In this document: positions 59,785-64,000 of the stretch, piece by piece
Position numbering within the stretch: position 1 is the stretch's first letter
How the letters are laid out: each line of letters starts with the position of its first letter
Origin: Geobacter sp.
GTDB lineage: Bacteria > Desulfobacterota > Desulfuromonadia > Geobacterales > Pseudopelobacteraceae
Length of the DNA stretch: 64,000 nucleotides
Direction of reading: 5' to 3'
Assembly: GCA_009885845.1 (NCBI GenBank)
Contig: VFJW01000014.1
Span: 1,175 to 65,174, forward strand
The notes under the pieces: model-generated
Seen by the model: only the letters and a program-made list of their open reading frames with translations
Told to the model about the DNA's origin: nothing
Databases searched by the model: none
Program-made: the position numbers and the translations under genes

Positions 59785-60702
59785 ATGCAGCGATATTTTT
59801 TCCACTTTTGTGTACTGATTGCACTCCTGTGCAGCCAGCAGCACAATGCGTATGCAGTCCAGTGGCAATCACTTGACGGCACATCAAAATACAAGGTTGC
59901 CTATGATGAGCAATCCATCCGGTTGACTCCTCTCGGCCGACTGGAATTATGGCTCAGATTTATTCCGCGGGGAGAGCGTGAGCGCAAATTTGCAGCGACA
60001 CAATACAGGGAAAAACAGTATCGCTCGCATCTCGAATATTATGAGATAGACTGTAGCGAGCAGACCGCATTACTTGGTCTGATTGACATTTCAGGAACGT
60101 CAAGAGCACGGTTAAAACGGCTACAGGGAGGAACGCAACCTGAACCAATTTTACCCGGATCGATACTTGATAAAGCAGCACAGCGCATCTGTCCGGTTCT
60201 TGATGAGGAGAGCGAAGAGGAGAATGAAACTGAGGACACTGTTCGGTCACAAGATCCGGCCACAAACGTAGAATCAGCTCTGGACAGCGACAAGCGGCAA
60301 CAGATTGAAAATCTGCAGAAAAAAGCGGCATCGACTGAGGCCACCGCTGAAACATGGAGAGAACTTGGAAATATTTATTTTGATACCGACCAACCTGAAC
60401 AGGCAATTAAAGCGTACGGAGAGGCACTTGTTTTGCGCCCCGATGACACTGACATCCTCAATGACCAGGGTGCAATGTATCGTCAGACCGGCGATTTCAA
60501 GCGGGCTCTGGCAAATTTTGAAAAAGCATTTACCATAGACCCCAACAACCTCGAAAGCCTCTATAACAGCAGCTATGTATATGCTTTCGATCTGAACAAT
60601 ATTCCGAAAGCCCTCATTTTGTGGCTGCAATACCTGAAACTGGATTCAAAAAGCGAAGTTGCACGGCAGGTACAGTCTTTTCTTGATCAGTACGGGAAAT
60701 GA
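59785..60702 (+). CDS. Secreted TPR-repeat protein with adhesin-E-like N-terminal domain
   Basis: ATG at 59785 gives the signal peptide MQRYFFHFCVLIALLCSQQHNAYA. An acidic linker separates the N-terminal domain from C-terminal TPRs that are paralogous to 28437..29018. Confidence 0.75.
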   Translation: MQRYFFHFCVLIALLCSQQHNAYAVQWQSLDGTSKYKVAYDEQSIRLTPLGRLELWLRFIPRGERERKFAATQYREKQYRSHLEYYEIDCSEQTALLGLIDISGTSRARLKRLQGGTQPEPILPGSILDKAAQRICPVLDEESEEENETEDTVRSQDPATNVESALDSDKRQQIENLQKKAASTEATAETWRELGNIYFDTDQPEQAIKAYGEALVLRPDDTDILNDQGAMYRQTGDFKRALANFEKAFTIDPNNLESLYNSSYVYAFDLNNIPKALILWLQYLKLDSKSEVARQVQSFLDQYGK

Positions 60703-60789
60703 ATAAAACATATCTGATAAAAGTGGTTCAGTTTTAAGCCCCGATGTGGTATTTTTATGCATCATAGAGAGGTTGAAGGTTCATTGGCT

Positions 60790-61572
60790 ATGAAAATAAT
60801 ATGTAAAATATTTGTGATGGGACTTGGCATTGCGTTTATGATGTCTGCGTGTGGTGGCGGGGGGAGCGCAAATACCACCAGCCTGCCTCCTTCCATTACT
60901 ATTCAACCATCCAGCGTGACCATGGTTACAGGTAATAACACGTCGTTCTCGGTTGCTGCCAGTGGGACGGCCTTGAGTTATCAATGGCAGGTTGACGCTG
61001 GTTCAGGCAGCTTTAGTAATGTGTCTGATACAGGAGTTTATTCCGGAGCAACAACGGCAACACTCTCTCTGACCCGTGCGACGTTAAGCATGAACGCCTC
61101 CAGATACAGAGTCATTGTCAGCGGAACAGTTTCACCATCTGCCACATCAGATAGTGCTACGTTAACAGTAGCAGCACAGACCAAAGCTGTTGTTACTCTT
61201 GCAACAACCGGGACACTTCCCGGCGGACTGACTATTGGTGGACTGCAAACAGATATCAACTATCCCGTCAATAGGGGACTTTCGATCACAAATAGCAATG
61301 TTGTCGCTTCGGGAGTAGCCACGGGATCCACCTTGATTCCAAATACAGCTGTTTCAGGAATTGCTTCTATTGGTAATTTGACTCTTAGTGGCGCAGGTTT
61401 CCTGGTAGGTGAATTTGCAACTCTTACCTTTACAATCTCTCCAGGCAATACGGTGTCGATCAGTGATTTTACGATTGTGCCTGGTTCTACAATGATATTC
61501 GCTTCGGATAACGCCACAACAGATCTCAGCAACCAGATTTCAGTTATTATTCAGCGCGTTACGTTTCAATAG
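60790..61572 (+). CDS. Lipoprotein with Ig-like domain
   Basis: Lipobox MMSACGGGG. The Ig-like segment is ITIQPSSVTMVTGNNTSFSVAASGTALSYQWQ...RYRVIVSG. Confidence 0.7.
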   Translation: MKIICKIFVMGLGIAFMMSACGGGGSANTTSLPPSITIQPSSVTMVTGNNTSFSVAASGTALSYQWQVDAGSGSFSNVSDTGVYSGATTATLSLTRATLSMNASRYRVIVSGTVSPSATSDSATLTVAAQTKAVVTLATTGTLPGGLTIGGLQTDINYPVNRGLSITNSNVVASGVATGSTLIPNTAVSGIASIGNLTLSGAGFLVGEFATLTFTISPGNTVSISDFTIVPGSTMIFASDNATTDLSNQISVIIQRVTFQ

Positions 61573-61592
61573 CATGTAAAATATAGTTGTAC

Positions 61593-61669
61593 GCGCCCGT
61601 AGCTCAGCTGGATAGAGTACCAGGCTTCGAACCTGGGTGTCGGCCGTTCGAATCGGTCCGGGCGTACCA
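61593..61669 (+). tRNA. tRNA-Arg (anticodon TCG)
   Basis: Cloverleaf read by eye. Acceptor GCGCCCG/CGGGCGT, D-arm AGCTCAGCTGGATAGAG, anticodon stem CCAGG/CCTGG with loop CTTCGAA, T-arm GGTTCGAATC-like, and an encoded CCA. Confidence 0.9.
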
Positions 61670-61674
61670 AACAA

Positions 61675-61708
61675 AAGGCCACTCTCTCGGGTGGCCTTTC
61701 GCGTTTAT
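61675..61708 (+). terminator. Possible terminator after tRNA-Arg
   Basis: AAGGCCAC-loop-GTGGCCTT followed by tcgcgttt, which is only a weak T tract. Confidence 0.45.
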
Positions 61709-61735
61709 GGTGGACGGGGTAACAAACCTACCCCT

Positions 61736-62101
61736 CTACAACAGTTCCCTGTAATCACAATGCAGCGCCTCTGCCAGCTTGACAGCATTTTCCTTACCGA
61801 TACCACGCTTGCCGTTCTCCATTTCTGAAAGATGCCGCTGCGGTATACTGGTCATATCTGAAAGCTGCTGTTGCGTAAGGCTTTCGCGATAGCGGTATCC
61901 CTTGAGAATAACAGACGGCTTCGATTGTCCAGAAAAGTGCTTATCGAAAAACTCCTCAGACGTAATACTTCCGGTATCTCCGTTTTCTGGTTCGATTGCT
62001 TTTACATAACGAGTAATCCGTTTGACGTTGGCCGGATGCACCAGAAAGTGCAACGGCACAAGGCCGGATTCAGTAGGGTGCTTTTTCGTGTGTGCCTGCA
62101 T
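61736..62101 (-). CDS. XRE-family HTH antitoxin
   Basis: 121 aa. The C-terminal HTH is LTQQQLSDMTSIPQRHLSEMENGKRGIGKENAVKLAEAL. Overlaps the upstream toxin gene by 32 nt. Confidence 0.8.
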   Translation of the reverse strand: MQAHTKKHPTESGLVPLHFLVHPANVKRITRYVKAIEPENGDTGSITSEEFFDKHFSGQSKPSVILKGYRYRESLTQQQLSDMTSIPQRHLSEMENGKRGIGKENAVKLAEALHCDYRELL

Positions 62102-62345
62102 AGATTATCTCCACGGTAATAGTTTGCTTGTCCTCGGTCCATACTGCAACAAATGTCGGATGTCCTTTTTTCAGGTGGCAATGATGACGACCACCGTCCA
62201 GCTTTGAATAATTTGGCCAGTCGCCACGTACAGGCCCATGCTGACGAATATTTTCCATGAGGACGTACAAGACATTCAACACGGATCGAGGGAGCTTAAG
62301 CGCCTGTTTTTCTGCCTTTCGATGTAGCCTTACTATCCATGCCAT
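62070..62345 (-). CDS. Type II toxin-antitoxin system toxin, RelE/ParE superfamily
   Basis: 91 aa. KLDGGRHHCHLKKGHPTFVAVWTEDKQTITVEIIYAGTHEKAPY is a pattern I recognise from RelE/YafQ-like toxins. Confidence 0.75.
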   Translation of the reverse strand: MAWIVRLHRKAEKQALKLPRSVLNVLYVLMENIRQHGPVRGDWPNYSKLDGGRHHCHLKKGHPTFVAVWTEDKQTITVEIIYAGTHEKAPY

Positions 62346-62352
62346 GTGTTAC

Positions 62353-62380
62353 CTTATACCTTCAGACAGTATATTGTCAA
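62353..62380 (-). promoter_or_regulatory. Sigma70 promoter of TA locus 2, predicted leaderless
   Basis: Minus strand reads TTGACA-16 nt-TATAAG. The -10 ends 7 nt before the ATG at 62345, and no SD is present. Confidence 0.5.
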
Positions 62381-62511
62381 TAATCAAAAAATAACCGGTA
62401 TTATGATTCAGAGAAAGTAGCTAGCGCACAGATAACATCTGATTTGTACCGATTTCAACGGATTTAACCAACCAGAAGTGTTAATCAAAACGGTTGAAGC
62501 GTTAGACCTCA

Positions 62512-64000
62512 TCACCAGGCAGTATATGAGCCTATAGACTGCTTCAACAATACGAGCGCATCAATGACATTGATCACGCCGTCCCCTTTTGGCTTTCCAG
62601 CCTCAAGAGGTGCAACATCAATCCACAAATATTCCTCCGGTTGAGGAGAGGCAATTTTAACAGCATATTGGAGGGCCTTGAGTGCATCGATCAAGGAATA
62701 TGCTGCAAAAGATGCATTTATTGTGCGGGAGGATGTTACCGCTGGTACTGCATACATATTTTTGTTTGTTATGGAGGACAAAACAGTTACGCCATTATCG
62801 GTTAACGTGGAAAGATGGTAACCAATATCTGGAGTGATTTGGCAACTAACAGCATCTCCTGAAACAACTGGCGCTGAGCAGGTGATGGAGCCGCCGGCTG
62901 AGGCAGATGCAGTTACCACGGGGATGGCAATAAACGTAGCAGAAATAGAACAATCTCCAGTGATTACTCCGGTGGTAAAGGTTGTGCCGATTAAGGAACC
63001 ACCACAACCAGTAACTGAACCAGTTGTGTAACCGGTTGCAGGAAGTACCGTAAATGAGGATGAGTTCCCGTGTAGAACAGAGCGTGTGCCAGGAGTAACG
63101 CTGCCTCCGGCACCAGTGTTAGTGGTTACCGCATATTCCTTTAACGAGAATGTTGCTGCAAATGCATGATCAGCCGATATGTTGCTGATTGTGTATGACA
63201 CTGTGGTTGGCATCGTCACTATAGTTACACTGTTGTCGATCAAGGTGGCTAACCGATATCCGGTTGCAGGTGTAATGAGGCAAGAGACAGAAGTTCCATA
63301 ATCAGCGGTTACTGGCGTACAGGATACAGAGCCATTTCCGCCTGGGATGCTTGATGTAATGTTGAAACTGTTTATCTTAAAAACTGCCGCTATAGTGCAG
63401 TCAACAGTTATTTGTGCAGTTGTGTACGTGCTACCGCTCAAAGTGCCGCCGCAGCCGCTAACACTAACAATACTGTATCCGTTAGCTGTGTCAGGACTAA
63501 TGGTAAAACTGGTGGCACTGCCGTGTGTGATATTCTGTGAAAATGCCGGAGTGATGGTGCCTCCGGTTCCACCTGTTGCCGTCACGGTATAGCTGTTCAG
63601 TGTAAACCCGGCTACCACACTACAGTTGCCGATTACCGCTGCTGTTGTATAAGTAGAGCCACTGAGTGTGCCGCTACAGGTGCCGGTAACTGCGGAGATA
63701 TGATATCCGGCAGCAGGTGTCAGTGTGAAGCTGGCGGCACTGCCGTGGTTGACGTTCACGGCAATCGGGGATATCGAGCCGTTAGCGCCAGCAGAAGGGG
63801 TTACCGTGTAGCTGTTAATAGAGAAGTTGGCAGTGATCGTCTGATTTGCGGTGACGTTTGTAATCGTGAGAGGATTTGCCGTGCTGGTGACAAAACCGCC
63901 GGTGCCGGTCCAGTTTACAAAGGAGTATCCGGTATTGGCTACGGCGGTGACGGCGGTCGCGCTACCGTTGTAGTTGATCGGCTGGCTGGCCGCGCCGCTC
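62512..64000 (-). CDS. Large repeat-rich surface protein (divergent InlB B-repeat / Flg_new-like modules) with dockerin-like C-terminus; 5' end outside the window
   Basis: The frame stays open upstream of the track Met (63759) through every codon I translated (to about 63882), and probably to the window edge at 64000. It holds at least six ~70-80-aa modules (HGS..SFT..P..GY......GC.G.L.G.T..T..I..DC...A.F). The C-terminus reads GDGVINVIDALVLLKQSIG. Confidence 0.75.
   Translation of the reverse strand, partial: SGAASQPINYNGSATAVTAVANTGYSFVNWTGTGGFVTSTANPLTITNVTANQTITANFSINSYTVTPSAGANGSISPIAVNVNHGSAASFTLTPAAGYHISAVTGTCSGTLSGSTYTTAAVIGNCSVVAGFTLNSYTVTATGGTGGTITPAFSQNITHGSATSFTISPDTANGYSIVSVSGCGGTLSGSTYTTAQITVDCTIAAVFKINSFNITSSIPGGNGSVSCTPVTADYGTSVSCLITPATGYRLATLIDNSVTIVTMPTTVSYTISNISADHAFAATFSLKEYAVTTNTGAGGSVTPGTRSVLHGNSSSFTVLPATGYTTGSVTGCGGSLIGTTFTTGVITGDCSISATFIAIPVVTASASAGGSITCSAPVVSGDAVSCQITPDIGYHLSTLTDNGVTVLSSITNKNMYAVPAVTSSRTINASFAAYSLIDALKALQYAVKIASPQPEEYLWIDVAPLEAGKPKGDGVINVIDALVLLKQSIGSYTAW

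Overview
The window reads like a Desulfuromonadales/Geobacter-type deltaproteobacterial chromosome. That placement is a low-confidence inference from gene content and order. Positions 1-26.7 kb form a dense metal-homeostasis and efflux region. It holds an ArsR/SmtB repressor, a CadA-type P1B ATPase with a divergent CadR (MerR) regulator and a classic 19-bp-spacer promoter, and a MFP-RND operon with no outer-membrane factor. That operon is extended by lipoprotein, HupE/UreJ, anchor-protein and small-peptide genes. The region also contains an EamA/DMT transporter with a long His-rich tail, a histidine kinase plus MacB-like ABC exporter cluster, a putatively Fur-controlled cytochrome c plus OM beta-barrel pair, a complete OMF-MFP-RND operon and a CDF transporter. 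The most unusual signal is a family of three small secreted Cys/His-rich proteins. Two share a near-identical C-terminal PEVYLxKFIPPQK tail, and each is the first gene of a different exporter operon. An in-frame relic of a second CzcA-like 3' end lies directly behind the RND-2 stop codon. The rest of the window is mostly housekeeping: recJ, secDF-yajC, tgt-queA, a SpoIID-like gene, bioFHC, rfbBD with a split ManC, glnN convergent with glnB-glnA (each with a sigma54-type promoter), rlmB-pyrF-dxs and tRNA-Arg(TCG). Interspersed are an HD-GYP protein with a periplasmic CXXCH motif, an orphan OppD/OppF ATPase pair, two toxin-antitoxin loci with near-leaderless promoters, an uncharacterised Cys-rich gene trio, and a large repeat-rich surface protein that runs off the window. 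I saw no CRISPR array, rRNA or intact mobile element.
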